DNA of 64,000 bases, from IMG/VR virus record IMGVR_UViG_3300047284_000516, positions 1-64,000 of that record. One strand, 5' to 3'. The notes beneath the pieces are model-generated. The model was not told the DNA's origin, ran no database searches, and worked only from the letters and a program-made list of their open reading frames with translations. This DNA is from a virus. Positions 38,976-47,004 of this stretch are shown piece after piece. The first letter of the stretch is position 1. Each line of letters starts with the position of its first letter. The position numbers were made by a program, and so were the translations under genes.

Positions 38976-40326
38976 TTTACTGCAGAATGAGGATTACCTA
39001 CGAAAGGTAATCCCCTTCCTAAAGGAACTATACTTTCAAACTCGAGTCGAGAGTAAACTCTACACCTGCATTGAAAATTACATCCAAAAGTATAATCATG
39101 CTCCTTCTAAAATAGCGCTTACTATTGAGCTTGATCAGATACGAGGTGTTTCTGAGGAAGAGTTTAAGGATCTAAAGCAATTAGTCGATGAAGTATATCT
39201 GGAGGGAGTGGATAAACAAGATACAGACTGGCTGGTAGATCAGACAGAGAAGTTTTGTAAGGATAGGGCTCTCTACAATGGTATTATGGAGTGTGTTGGA
39301 ATTCTAAACGGTAAAGAGCAACGTTCTCCTGGAGAAATGCCGGATATCCTAGCCAATGCCCTAGCAGTTTCCTTTGATAATCATATTGGCCACGACTTCT
39401 TCGATGATGCTACTGATCGATATGAATTCTATCACCACAAAGAAAATCGTATACCATTTGACCTCGATTACTTTAATAAGATTACTGCCGGAGGGCTACC
39501 AAATAAAACCCTCAGCGTGGTTCTAGCTGGTACTGGTGTTGGAAAGTCTCTCTTCATGTGTCACTGCGCAGCTGCTCATTTATTAAAGGGATTCAATGTT
39601 CTCTACATTACGATGGAAATGGCAGAGCAAAAGATTGCAGAACGTATTGATGCAAATACGCTAAATGTAGCGTTAGATGAGCTGAAAGAGCTTCCTAAAG
39701 AAACGTATATGAAAAGGATCGAAAAAGCTCAATCGAGATCTAACGGAAAGCTGGTAATTAAGGAGTATCCGACAGCATCAGCAAACTCTTCACACTTTCG
39801 ACATCTCTTAAACGAACTCCGTTTGAAGAAGAAATTTAGACCAGATATCATATACATTGACTATCTTAACATTTGTGCTTCTTCAAGAATGAAGCATGGA
39901 GCAGGGGTTAATTCATATACATACATTAAAGCAATTGCAGAGGAATTGAGAGGATTAGCTGTTGAGTATAATGTTCCTATTGTAACGGCAACACAGACTA
40001 CAAGAAGTGGATTTAGCAATACTGATATTGGTTTGGAGGATACTTCAGAATCATTTGGATTGCCAGCTACTGCGGATTTAATGTTTGCGTTGATCACAAC
40101 AGAAGAACTGCAAGCTCTTAATCAAGTTATGGTAAAGCAGCTAAAGAACCGTCATAGCGATCCAACAATCTACAAGAAGTTTGTTATTGGTATTGATAGA
40201 TCGAGAATGAAGCTTTATGATGTAGAACAGTCAGCTCAAGATGATTTGATAGGAGAGGATCAGGATGATGAACCATTATTTGATCGCTCCAAACCTATCA
40301 GTCAAAAATTTCAAGGATTTGCATGA
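38950..40326 (+). CDS. gp41: Replicative helicase gp41
   Basis: AGTGVGKS, ITMEMAE, YIDYLNIC, SESFGLPATAD. Confidence 0.96.
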   Translation: MLTKQILSNLLQNEDYLRKVIPFLKELYFQTRVESKLYTCIENYIQKYNHAPSKIALTIELDQIRGVSEEEFKDLKQLVDEVYLEGVDKQDTDWLVDQTEKFCKDRALYNGIMECVGILNGKEQRSPGEMPDILANALAVSFDNHIGHDFFDDATDRYEFYHHKENRIPFDLDYFNKITAGGLPNKTLSVVLAGTGVGKSLFMCHCAAAHLLKGFNVLYITMEMAEQKIAERIDANTLNVALDELKELPKETYMKRIEKAQSRSNGKLVIKEYPTASANSSHFRHLLNELRLKKKFRPDIIYIDYLNICASSRMKHGAGVNSYTYIKAIAEELRGLAVEYNVPIVTATQTTRSGFSNTDIGLEDTSESFGLPATADLMFALITTEELQALNQVMVKQLKNRHSDPTIYKKFVIGIDRSRMKLYDVEQSAQDDLIGEDQDDEPLFDRSKPISQKFQGFA

Positions 40327-40520
40327 CATTTTACTTAAAAACGTTTAGTCTATGGTTGCTATTGTTTCCTTGTCTTCTACTGTTCAACATTGGTAAAGTA
40401 GTTGTTCATTTTTTAATTTGGGTTTTCGATTTGCCAACTCGTGTATGGATTCTCTGCATGGCTTTACTATCTGAGTTCTCGGAAGAAGATGAGGAAGATG
40501 AGGATGAATCTAACATTTGA
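40323..40520 (+). CDS. Small membrane protein with acidic tail
   Basis: Hydrophobic N-terminal two thirds, EEDEEDEDE tail; ATGA overlap. Confidence 0.5.
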   Translation: MTFYLKTFSLWLLLFPCLLLFNIGKVVVHFLIWVFDLPTRVWILCMALLSEFSEEDEEDEDESNI

Positions 40521-40974
40521 GGGATGTGGAACAGAAGCGCAAATAAAACTGTTAACTTTAGCAACAAATTACTTTGCTTCAGAACTTCTTTCAAGAAAAA
40601 TTACAAACCATATGACCGTAAATATTATTGTGAGATCAAATATTAGAGAGCATGGCCTATGTGTTCCCGTTGGGTTTAACACCAAGAATATAGCGAGAGA
40701 TTTTGATATTGAAATACGAAAGAAGAAAAGTATTAAGTCAATGATATCAACTCTTGCCCATGAGATGGTTCATGTTAAGCAATATGCACTGGGTGAAATG
40801 TGTGAGTTGGGTAGCCACTGGAAGGGTAGAAAGGTTGATACTCGAAAAACTGGGTATTATGATTTACCATGGGAAATAGAGGCCTTTGAAAAGGAGGCTA
40901 CTTTATATAAGAAGTTTGTTGAGAAATACGGAAAGCCCAAAATCCATGAACATCGTGTCCACATGGGTATTTGA
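40504..40974 (+). CDS. HExxH zinc metallopeptidase-like protein
   Basis: TLAHEMVHVKQY...LPWEIEA. Confidence 0.75.
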   Translation: MNLTFEGCGTEAQIKLLTLATNYFASELLSRKITNHMTVNIIVRSNIREHGLCVPVGFNTKNIARDFDIEIRKKKSIKSMISTLAHEMVHVKQYALGEMCELGSHWKGRKVDTRKTGYYDLPWEIEAFEKEATLYKKFVEKYGKPKIHEHRVHMGI

Positions 40975-41821
40975 ACCCTGGTTACATTCCAAAGGCAGTA
41001 GTCACAGTTGGGCAGTAGTTTCGGAAATGCTGGCGTGTATGAAGTGTTCATCACAACAAATACGCAAGTTTTATGGTAATCATATCATTTATACTGATAA
41101 ACAAAGTTACCAATTTCTTTCGAGATTTATTGATAGTGACTTTGAAATTGTTCATGATGAGGTGTTCAAAAAGTATTCTTCCCATTTTTGGATTCTACCA
41201 AAAATAGCAACATACAAACTGCAAAGGTCTCCTTTCGTACATATAGACCTGGATTTCATTCCTCTTCAGTCTCTTTCCGAAAGAAAATTACGAGCAGATA
41301 TCCTTTGTCAGGGATATGAGGATGTATCGGAAGATATAGCTAGCAATAAGGCATACACGCTATACCGACACAAAGATAAATTCATCCTCCCCTCATACAT
41401 GTCGCGATATGATATAGGAAAGTTTCCATCTGTTAATGTTGGTCTTCTCTACATGCAGGATCTGGGATTTCGAGATTTATATGTTAATGAAGTAGAAAAA
41501 TTCATTGATAGGAACCATCAAGCTATTGTGGAATGTGATATAGAAATGTGTGTAATAGAACAGCACATTCTTTCTTTTTTAATCAGAGAGCGTAATATGA
41601 GGGTGGAGACTCTCATTCCAATGAGATGGGATTTAGCAATTGATAACCCATGGTTTATTCATTTTGTGGGATACACATATAAGGGTAACCACTATCCACA
41701 AATGAAGGATATAAGGAATGAGATAATAGGTCCCTATATTGATCAGAATATTAGAGAAATTTCGCGAGAGTTGTGTGAATTGAAAGGTAATTATGCGCTG
41801 CGTAGCAACATGGAGCTTTGA
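40946..41821 (+). CDS. DUF6734-like, glycosyltransferase-like protein (paralog 1)
   Basis: WILPKIATY...PFVHIDLDF, NVGLL, CVIEQ; start reassigned to MNIVSTW. Confidence 0.6.
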   Translation: MNIVSTWVFEPWLHSKGSSHSWAVVSEMLACMKCSSQQIRKFYGNHIIYTDKQSYQFLSRFIDSDFEIVHDEVFKKYSSHFWILPKIATYKLQRSPFVHIDLDFIPLQSLSERKLRADILCQGYEDVSEDIASNKAYTLYRHKDKFILPSYMSRYDIGKFPSVNVGLLYMQDLGFRDLYVNEVEKFIDRNHQAIVECDIEMCVIEQHILSFLIRERNMRVETLIPMRWDLAIDNPWFIHFVGYTYKGNHYPQMKDIRNEIIGPYIDQNIREISRELCELKGNYALRSNMEL

Positions 41822-42638
41822 ACCATGGTTACAAAATAAAGGCAGTGTATGGAAGGATACAAAAGCCTTTCTTACGTGTGCAAAAATTGCTATAGAGCAG
41901 ATCCATGACCTCTATGATAAACCGGTTATATACACGGATAGACTGGGTGTTGAGGTATTTACGGAGCTTACCTCTAAATGCACACCTATCGACACATATA
42001 CTAATGTATTCGATGGAGTGCCTCTAAATCTCTGGGCTTATCCAAAGCTACTCACATATAATCAACAAGAAACTTCATTTTTTCATTTCGACTTAGACTT
42101 CCTCCTTCTCCATCCCATACCACCATCATACTGGAAAGCTGATATAGTAATACAGAACTACGAGGACTTAAAGCCTCAGCATATGAGGGAATACTATAAC
42201 CTCGATCAGTATGGCGATCAATACCATCTTCCGAATGTACTGCGTAAAAATGATCTGGAGCTGATTCCTGCTGTCAATATGGGATTTGTTTATTTTCGGG
42301 ATCCTGTTTTAGCTAAATTCTACTCCGATCTTGCTATTGAATTTATTACAGAAAACAGAAGCATACTGCAAACAGATAAGGCAGTACATATGTGTGTAAT
42401 AGAGCAGCAAATCCTAGGTAATATTATCCATGATATGCGTTTAAAAACTATGGAGTTAATTAATTGGAAAGAACCAGACGATGCGTGGAGTCAAAATTTT
42501 GCTCATATATTTGGCAAAGAAAAGTTAACAGATCACTGGTCCAATGTCCTTAATTTAGCCAAACAGACCGGTAATATGTCAAATGTTGACTATATAGCTT
42601 CAATGCTGGATGATAGGAAAAGTTATGAAATTAACTAA
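41793..42638 (+). CDS. DUF6734-like, glycosyltransferase-like protein (paralog 2)
   Basis: WAYPKLLTY...FFHFDLDF, NMGFV, CVIEQ; co-linear with the previous ORF. Confidence 0.6.
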   Translation: MRCVATWSFEPWLQNKGSVWKDTKAFLTCAKIAIEQIHDLYDKPVIYTDRLGVEVFTELTSKCTPIDTYTNVFDGVPLNLWAYPKLLTYNQQETSFFHFDLDFLLLHPIPPSYWKADIVIQNYEDLKPQHMREYYNLDQYGDQYHLPNVLRKNDLELIPAVNMGFVYFRDPVLAKFYSDLAIEFITENRSILQTDKAVHMCVIEQQILGNIIHDMRLKTMELINWKEPDDAWSQNFAHIFGKEKLTDHWSNVLNLAKQTGNMSNVDYIASMLDDRKSYEIN

Positions 42639-42756
42639 ATTACTCAAGAAATATTATATCGCATGCCTTAGTCACAAGAAAAAGGCAGAACGGAATATCT
42701 TTAACAAATTACTACGCAAGTCCTTAAAACAAAAACGCACCCATAGTGCACAGTGA
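42625..42756 (+). CDS. 43-aa basic peptide (not in ORF track)
   Basis: MKLTKLLKKYYIACLSHKKKAERN...; AGGA upstream; fills the gap. Confidence 0.4.
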   Translation: MKLTKLLKKYYIACLSHKKKAERNIFNKLLRKSLKQKRTHSAQ

Positions 42757-42762
42757 GTGGAT

Positions 42763-43065
42763 ATGAAAAAAATACTTTTTAGTCTCTTGTTCGTCTCTCT
42801 ACCAGTATTTGCTGCTCCTTTTGATGTTACCCTAAGGCATCCATGTGACACAACACAGATAGTTGCAGACTCTTTACTCAATAAGCACAATGAGTTGCCT
42901 ATTGTATATTCGGAGATAATGGGGGACAATCAGCAACTAATTCAAATTACAGTTTGGTATAACAAAGATAAACGAACAGTTTCAGTGGTTCAGACATCCA
43001 AAACAGCAAAGGTGAGCTGTATCATTGCTGTGGGTGAGCAAGCAGAAGTAGTAAGTATTAAATAA
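42763..43065 (+). CDS. Small exported protein
   Basis: Signal peptide MKKILFSLLFVSLPVFA; two Cys. Confidence 0.6.
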   Translation: MKKILFSLLFVSLPVFAAPFDVTLRHPCDTTQIVADSLLNKHNELPIVYSEIMGDNQQLIQITVWYNKDKRTVSVVQTSKTAKVSCIIAVGEQAEVVSIK

Positions 43066-43241
43066 CTCGGTGTCGCCTAGCCTGGTAGCGCATCTGAGTA
43101 TAATAAAGGAAATTCTCTCTGTGGCGTAACCTGGCAGCGTACTACGTTTGGGGCGTAGTGGTTCTGGTTCAAATCCAGACAGGGAGACCAATATGTAATG
43201 GTAGCAGAGGGTCCAAGGTTCAAATCCTACCATCGAGACCA
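43066..43241 (+). pseudogene. Split, degenerate tRNA (Pro-like) interrupted in the anticodon arm by an insert carrying tRNA-Pro
   Basis: 5' half CTCGGTG...AGCCTGGTAGCGCATCTG (43066-43096) and 3' half CAGAGGGTC...GGTTCAAATCC...CATCGAG-A-CCA (43205-43241) form a 7-bp acceptor stem. Confidence 0.7.
43115..43190 (+). tRNA. tRNA-Pro(UGG)
   Basis: CTCTCTG/CAGGGAG acceptor, CTACG-TTTGGGG-CGTAG anticodon arm, TCTGG-TTCAAAT-CCAGA T-arm, encoded CCA. Confidence 0.9.
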
Positions 43242-43248
43242 CTTTGAA

Positions 43249-43322
43249 GCCCCTATAGTTAAATGGTATAACATCGGTTTTGTAATCCGAGGTTCGCAGT
43301 TCGATTCTGTGTAGGGGCACCA
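43249..43322 (+). tRNA. tRNA-Thr(UGU)
   Basis: GCCCCTA/TAGGGGC acceptor, loop TTTGTAA, GTTCGATT T-loop, CCA. Confidence 0.9.
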
Positions 43323-43323
43323 T

Positions 43324-43446
43324 ATAAAACTCTTTGTAGTAGCTACAGCGGAACAACTGAAATGCTTGCCATTTCCGGAAAAAGCAAGTACCAGCCGTGA
43401 AGAGTAGGGCTACCATGGATTCAAGCGCCGTACAGAGAGCTTTTAT
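43324..43446 (+). ncRNA. Unassigned structured RNA directly after tRNA-Thr
   Basis: Closing stem ATAAAA-CTCTTTGTA / TACAGAGAG-c-TTTTAT plus nested helices; no + strand ORF in the track. Confidence 0.55.
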
Positions 43447-43475
43447 GAGTTTCCTTCAAGCAACTAAATATCTAC

Positions 43476-44078
43476 ATGGAATATATCTCCGATGTCGATG
43501 TTTATCATAATATCGACCTAAACCATCTGTGGATCTATGATAAACTGATCCTCTCTAAGAAGTTGGGCTACCTCTGCGGTCCTTCTGGTATACCTGTGCC
43601 TACAGATGCTTGGTATATTGTGAGACCAATAACAAATATTCATATGATGGGAAAGGGTGCATACCGAGCGTTTTTGACTCCCACATCTTGTAATATTCCA
43701 GATGGATATTTTTGGTGTGAGATGTTTGAGGGTAGACATTTTTCAATTGATTATTTTTGGGGTGTACAGCATCTAACGGTAGAGGGAATAAAGCGTACTG
43801 ATAGATTAGACAGATTTTATAAATGGACGAAGATAGATTTCAATTTCACTCTACCAGACTGTTTAAAAGAGGTGGCTGTTGTCAACAAGTGGTTGAATAT
43901 AGAAATGATTGATGGTAATATTATTGAAGCTCATATGAGATTTAATGATGATTTTCGAAATCACAATGGAAGTGAAATCTTTCCAGTGTGGAAAGATGAT
44001 CCCAGCTTTGTTGTTCCAGGAGCGGAATGGTATGAAAGCAAAGCTGCTGATCGATTGGGCTTCTGGGTAATGTCATAG
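43476..44078 (+). CDS. Putative ATP-grasp-like protein
   Basis: IYDKLILSKKLG, YIVRPITN-x4-GKGA, WCEMFEGRHFSID, NIEMIDGNIIEAHMR resemble ATP-grasp elements. Confidence 0.5.
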   Translation: MEYISDVDVYHNIDLNHLWIYDKLILSKKLGYLCGPSGIPVPTDAWYIVRPITNIHMMGKGAYRAFLTPTSCNIPDGYFWCEMFEGRHFSIDYFWGVQHLTVEGIKRTDRLDRFYKWTKIDFNFTLPDCLKEVAVVNKWLNIEMIDGNIIEAHMRFNDDFRNHNGSEIFPVWKDDPSFVVPGAEWYESKAADRLGFWVMS

Positions 44079-44115
44079 AAAAATACATTCAGGAAGAATA
44101 GCAGTACCAAATAAT

Positions 44116-44192
44116 ACCACCGTGGTCTAATCGAATAAGGCAACGCTCTTCTAAAGCGTACGATGGGGGTTTGAATCCCTCCGGTGGTGCCA
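44116..44192 (+). tRNA. tRNA-Arg(UCU)
   Basis: ACCACCG/CGGTGGT acceptor, ACGCT-CTTCTAA-AGCGT anticodon arm, CCA; variant T-loop TTTGAAT. Confidence 0.85.
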
Positions 44193-44211
44193 AACAACTT
44201 TAGGTGAACTT

Positions 44212-44433
44212 TTGATGGTTACTCGCTACAACGAAGACGGAAGTATTACTGATGGTACGTTTGATGATGTTAAAACAAGCTGCCGTGAGAGATTTGCAAA
44301 TGGCATCCACAAATACACTATTAGCAAGATGTGGATAGAAACAACCAATCAAGAATTCCTATCAAGACTGGAGGACTGGATGAAAGAGCCTTGGGGCACA
44401 TATCCACCTCTCCCTCCTAGAATGAAAAAATAA
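44212..44433 (+). CDS. Small hypothetical protein between tRNAs
   Basis: 73-aa ORF, TAGGTG upstream, stop abuts tRNA-Leu. Confidence 0.5.
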   Translation: MMVTRYNEDGSITDGTFDDVKTSCRERFANGIHKYTISKMWIETTNQEFLSRLEDWMKEPWGTYPPLPPRMKK

Positions 44434-44518
44434 GCGATTGTGGTGGAATTGGTAGACACAGCAGACTTAAAATCTGCCGGCGCAAGCTGTGCGGGTTCGA
44501 CTCCCGCCTTTCGCACCA
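44434..44518 (+). tRNA. tRNA-Leu(UAA)
   Basis: GCAGA-CTTAAAA-TCTGC anticodon arm, long variable arm, GGTTCGACTCC, CCA; two U-U mismatches in the acceptor stem. Confidence 0.85.
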
Positions 44519-44535
44519 ATAATAAAGGATAACAA

Positions 44536-45015
44536 ATGTTTAAACTAGATTTAGATGAAGTCAAAGAGTTCATTCAAAATACCTCCCCTTCCTCTAAAAT
44601 CTATTTGGGATGCGATTCAGAAAGAATCCTCCATAAGAACATTTGGTACGCTGACTACACTGTAGCAGTAGTAATCCACAAAGATGGTAAACATGGCTGC
44701 AAACTATTTGGTGAAGTAATCAGAGAAAAAGACTTTGACCAAAAGGAAAATAAACCAAGATTTAGACTTATGAATGAAGTGTATAAAGTATCGGAACTAT
44801 ACCTAAACTTAGCAGAATGCTTTGGCAATAGGCATGTAGAAGTTCACCTTGACATTAACCCAAATGAGATGTATGGTTCTAGTTGTGTAATCAATGAGGC
44901 AATTGGATATATTAGAGGCACTTGTAATGTAATTCCAATGGTAAAGCCAAAAGCATTTGCTGCTACTTGTGCTGCCGATCGCTACAAGGAAGTTAGAAAT
45001 ATCCGATCGGTGTGA
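44536..45015 (+). CDS. RNase H-like YkuK-family protein
   Basis: IYLGCDS, RLMNEV, EVHLDIN, AATCAADR. Confidence 0.8.
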   Translation: MFKLDLDEVKEFIQNTSPSSKIYLGCDSERILHKNIWYADYTVAVVIHKDGKHGCKLFGEVIREKDFDQKENKPRFRLMNEVYKVSELYLNLAECFGNRHVEVHLDINPNEMYGSSCVINEAIGYIRGTCNVIPMVKPKAFAATCAADRYKEVRNIRSV

Positions 45016-45110
45016 TAGAAATATAATAATGGATTAAAATCCATAATTCAGGGAAACTATTGATAAGTATCCATGCGGTACTTAACTCCTCAACATGAAA
45101 AGGAAGAAAA

Positions 45111-45659
45111 ATGAAAACAGTAGGTGATAAGATTAGTGAATTTGTAGTAACTGGTGTCAATCCTGGTAGCGACCAATTCTTTGACATCACAGAAAAGTCT
45201 TTTGAAGGTAAATGGAAAGTTATTGTATTCTATCCAAAAGATTTCACATTTGTATGCCCAACTGAGATCGTTGCATATGATAAGTTGTTCCAAGACTTTG
45301 CAGATCGCGATGCCGTCCTTCTGACAGGTTCTACAGATAACGAATTCTGTAAACTTGCTTGGCAGCGTCATCATGAGGATCTCTCCAAGATCAAACATAT
45401 TCAGTTTGCTGACACTCAGCGTCGTAATGCAGATTACGATACTCTGAGTCTTGCTGATCAACTTGGTGTATTCTTTGCACCTGCAGGCGCAGCACTTCGC
45501 GCAACATTTATTGTTGATCCTGATAATGTGATTCAGCACGTAACAGTTAATAACCTCAACGTTGGTCGCAGTCCAGATGAAACATTGCGTATTCTCGACG
45601 CACTTCAGACTGGCGAACTCTGCGCATGTAACCGTGCTGTGGGTGGAGAGACCCTATAA
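45111..45659 (+). CDS. ahpC: Peroxiredoxin AhpC
   Basis: FYPKDFTFVCPTEI, RATFIVDP, GELCAC. Confidence 0.95.
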   Translation: MKTVGDKISEFVVTGVNPGSDQFFDITEKSFEGKWKVIVFYPKDFTFVCPTEIVAYDKLFQDFADRDAVLLTGSTDNEFCKLAWQRHHEDLSKIKHIQFADTQRRNADYDTLSLADQLGVFFAPAGAALRATFIVDPDNVIQHVTVNNLNVGRSPDETLRILDALQTGELCACNRAVGGETL

Positions 45660-45661
45660 TC

Positions 45662-46327
45662 ATGTTAGAGACCATCTGTGATACAATGGTCGAAGCTTAC
45701 CGTCGCAATTGGATTACTAGTCGCGACGGTAACGTAAGCATTCGGCATCATGATAGAGACCATTTTTACATCACTCCATCTGGTGTGCGGAAACAGACTT
45801 TGCAACCGGATCAGTTCAAGAAGATCGGCATTGTAGAAGGATTTTATGGTCAACCTCCTCGTTTAGAGCATAATTATGAAGTACGTGATTACACAGACAT
45901 TAGTAAAAATCTGAAACCTAGTGGTGAGATTCCATTGCATTTTGGATTGCAAAAAGAGTTGGGGCAGCACTCTAGTGATGTGAGGGTTGTAATGCATTTT
46001 CATCCAACTTACTGTGTAGCTGCGATGCATGCTGGGATTGAGCTTGCAGACCTAACAAAAGATTTCCCCGAGCTATCGCGGTATACGAAGGTTGCTTCAA
46101 ATGTAGGAGATGTTCCTCCAATCAGTCAAGAACTTGCCGATCGCTGTTTTGAAAATCTTAAATTGGATAAAAATGGCTTCGTAAAATATGATATTGTTGG
46201 AATCAAAGGTCACGGTGTAGTGAGTATCGATACTTCACCGTGGAGGGCTTTTGAACACATTGAACGGCTTGAGCATATTTGTCAAATAGTACTAGTTTCG
46301 AAAGGATACACAAATGCAGTGGGTTGA
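45662..46327 (+). CDS. Class II aldolase/adducin-family metalloenzyme
   Basis: DGNVSIR, ITPSG, KPSGEIPLH, VMHFHP, KGHGVV. Confidence 0.85.
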   Translation: MLETICDTMVEAYRRNWITSRDGNVSIRHHDRDHFYITPSGVRKQTLQPDQFKKIGIVEGFYGQPPRLEHNYEVRDYTDISKNLKPSGEIPLHFGLQKELGQHSSDVRVVMHFHPTYCVAAMHAGIELADLTKDFPELSRYTKVASNVGDVPPISQELADRCFENLKLDKNGFVKYDIVGIKGHGVVSIDTSPWRAFEHIERLEHICQIVLVSKGYTNAVG

Positions 46328-46823
46328 TACACTTAAAGAAGGGTTACCAGATTATGCAAAGGACACCCGCCTTAATATCGATGCAGTAATTAAACGTAGT
46401 GCGCTTGATCCAGAGATGGTTGAGTATGTGGCACTAGCTGCAACATTTGCTACTGGTAATACAAAGCTCTGGACATGGATTGCTAGTCAACTTACCAACG
46501 AGACCGAAAAGAATGCCGCACTCACAGCAGCTTCTTTAATGGGTATGAATAATGTGTGGTATCCGTATGTCGAGATGGCAGAAGATGAGCAATTAACAGG
46601 TCTACCTGCTCAGCTTCGTATGAATGCTATTGCTACGCATGGCGGTACAACAAAGGCTAGATTCGAAGCTTACAGTCTAGCTGCATCAATTGTTGGTAAA
46701 TGTCACTTCTGTGTCAAAGCTCACTACAATACTTTGAAAAAAGAAGGGTACACTGTTGAACAATTGAGAGATTTAGGTAGAATATCATCAGTGATTGCAG
46801 CAGTATCTAAGATCATGGTTTAA
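46314..46823 (+). CDS. ahpD: Alkyl hydroperoxide reductase AhpD
   Basis: LPDYAKDTRLN, MNNVWY, SIVGKCHFCVKAH (CxxC plus His). Confidence 0.92.
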   Translation: MQWVDTLKEGLPDYAKDTRLNIDAVIKRSALDPEMVEYVALAATFATGNTKLWTWIASQLTNETEKNAALTAASLMGMNNVWYPYVEMAEDEQLTGLPAQLRMNAIATHGGTTKARFEAYSLAASIVGKCHFCVKAHYNTLKKEGYTVEQLRDLGRISSVIAAVSKIMV

Positions 46824-46827
46824 TCAT

Positions 46828-46904
46828 GCCCTGGTAGCTCAGTTGGTCAGAGCAGGCGACTCATAATCGCTTGGTCGGGGGTTCAAGTCCCTCCCGGGGT
46901 ACCA
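46828..46904 (+). tRNA. tRNA with CAU anticodon, probably tRNA-Ile2 (lysidine) rather than Met
   Basis: GGCGA-CTCATAA-TCGCT-TGGTC arm resembles bacterial tRNA-Ile2; paired first base pair, so not an initiator; CCA. Confidence 0.8.
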
Positions 46905-46910
46905 AACACT

Positions 46911-46934
46911 AGTCCCTCCTAGCGAGGGACTTTT
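46911..46934 (+). terminator. Intrinsic terminator after the tRNA
   Basis: AGTCCCTC-ctagc-GAGGGACT-TTT. Confidence 0.8.
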
Positions 46935-46950
46935 CATATGACCTTAATGG

Positions 46951-46978
46951 TTGACTATTTACTTATTTGTGGTATAAT
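46951..46978 (+). promoter_or_regulatory. Sigma70-type (early) promoter
   Basis: TTGACT-16 nt-TATAAT right after the terminator. Confidence 0.7.
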
Positions 46979-47004
46979 AATCATATGAACCGTGAGGAAT
47001 CAAT

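Noticed and set aside
42982-43416. 144-aa minus-strand ORF over the tRNA cluster
   Set aside because: It is the reverse complement of tRNA genes (GFEP repeats come from T-arms).
43324-43446. Hammerhead or HDV-like ribozyme identity for the orphan RNA
   Set aside because: No CUGANGA core (sequence is CTGAAAT) and no nested double pseudoknot that I could build by eye.
44076-44110. Short spacer ending in ACCA before tRNA-Arg as another tRNA remnant
   Set aside because: No T-arm or acceptor pairing can be formed.
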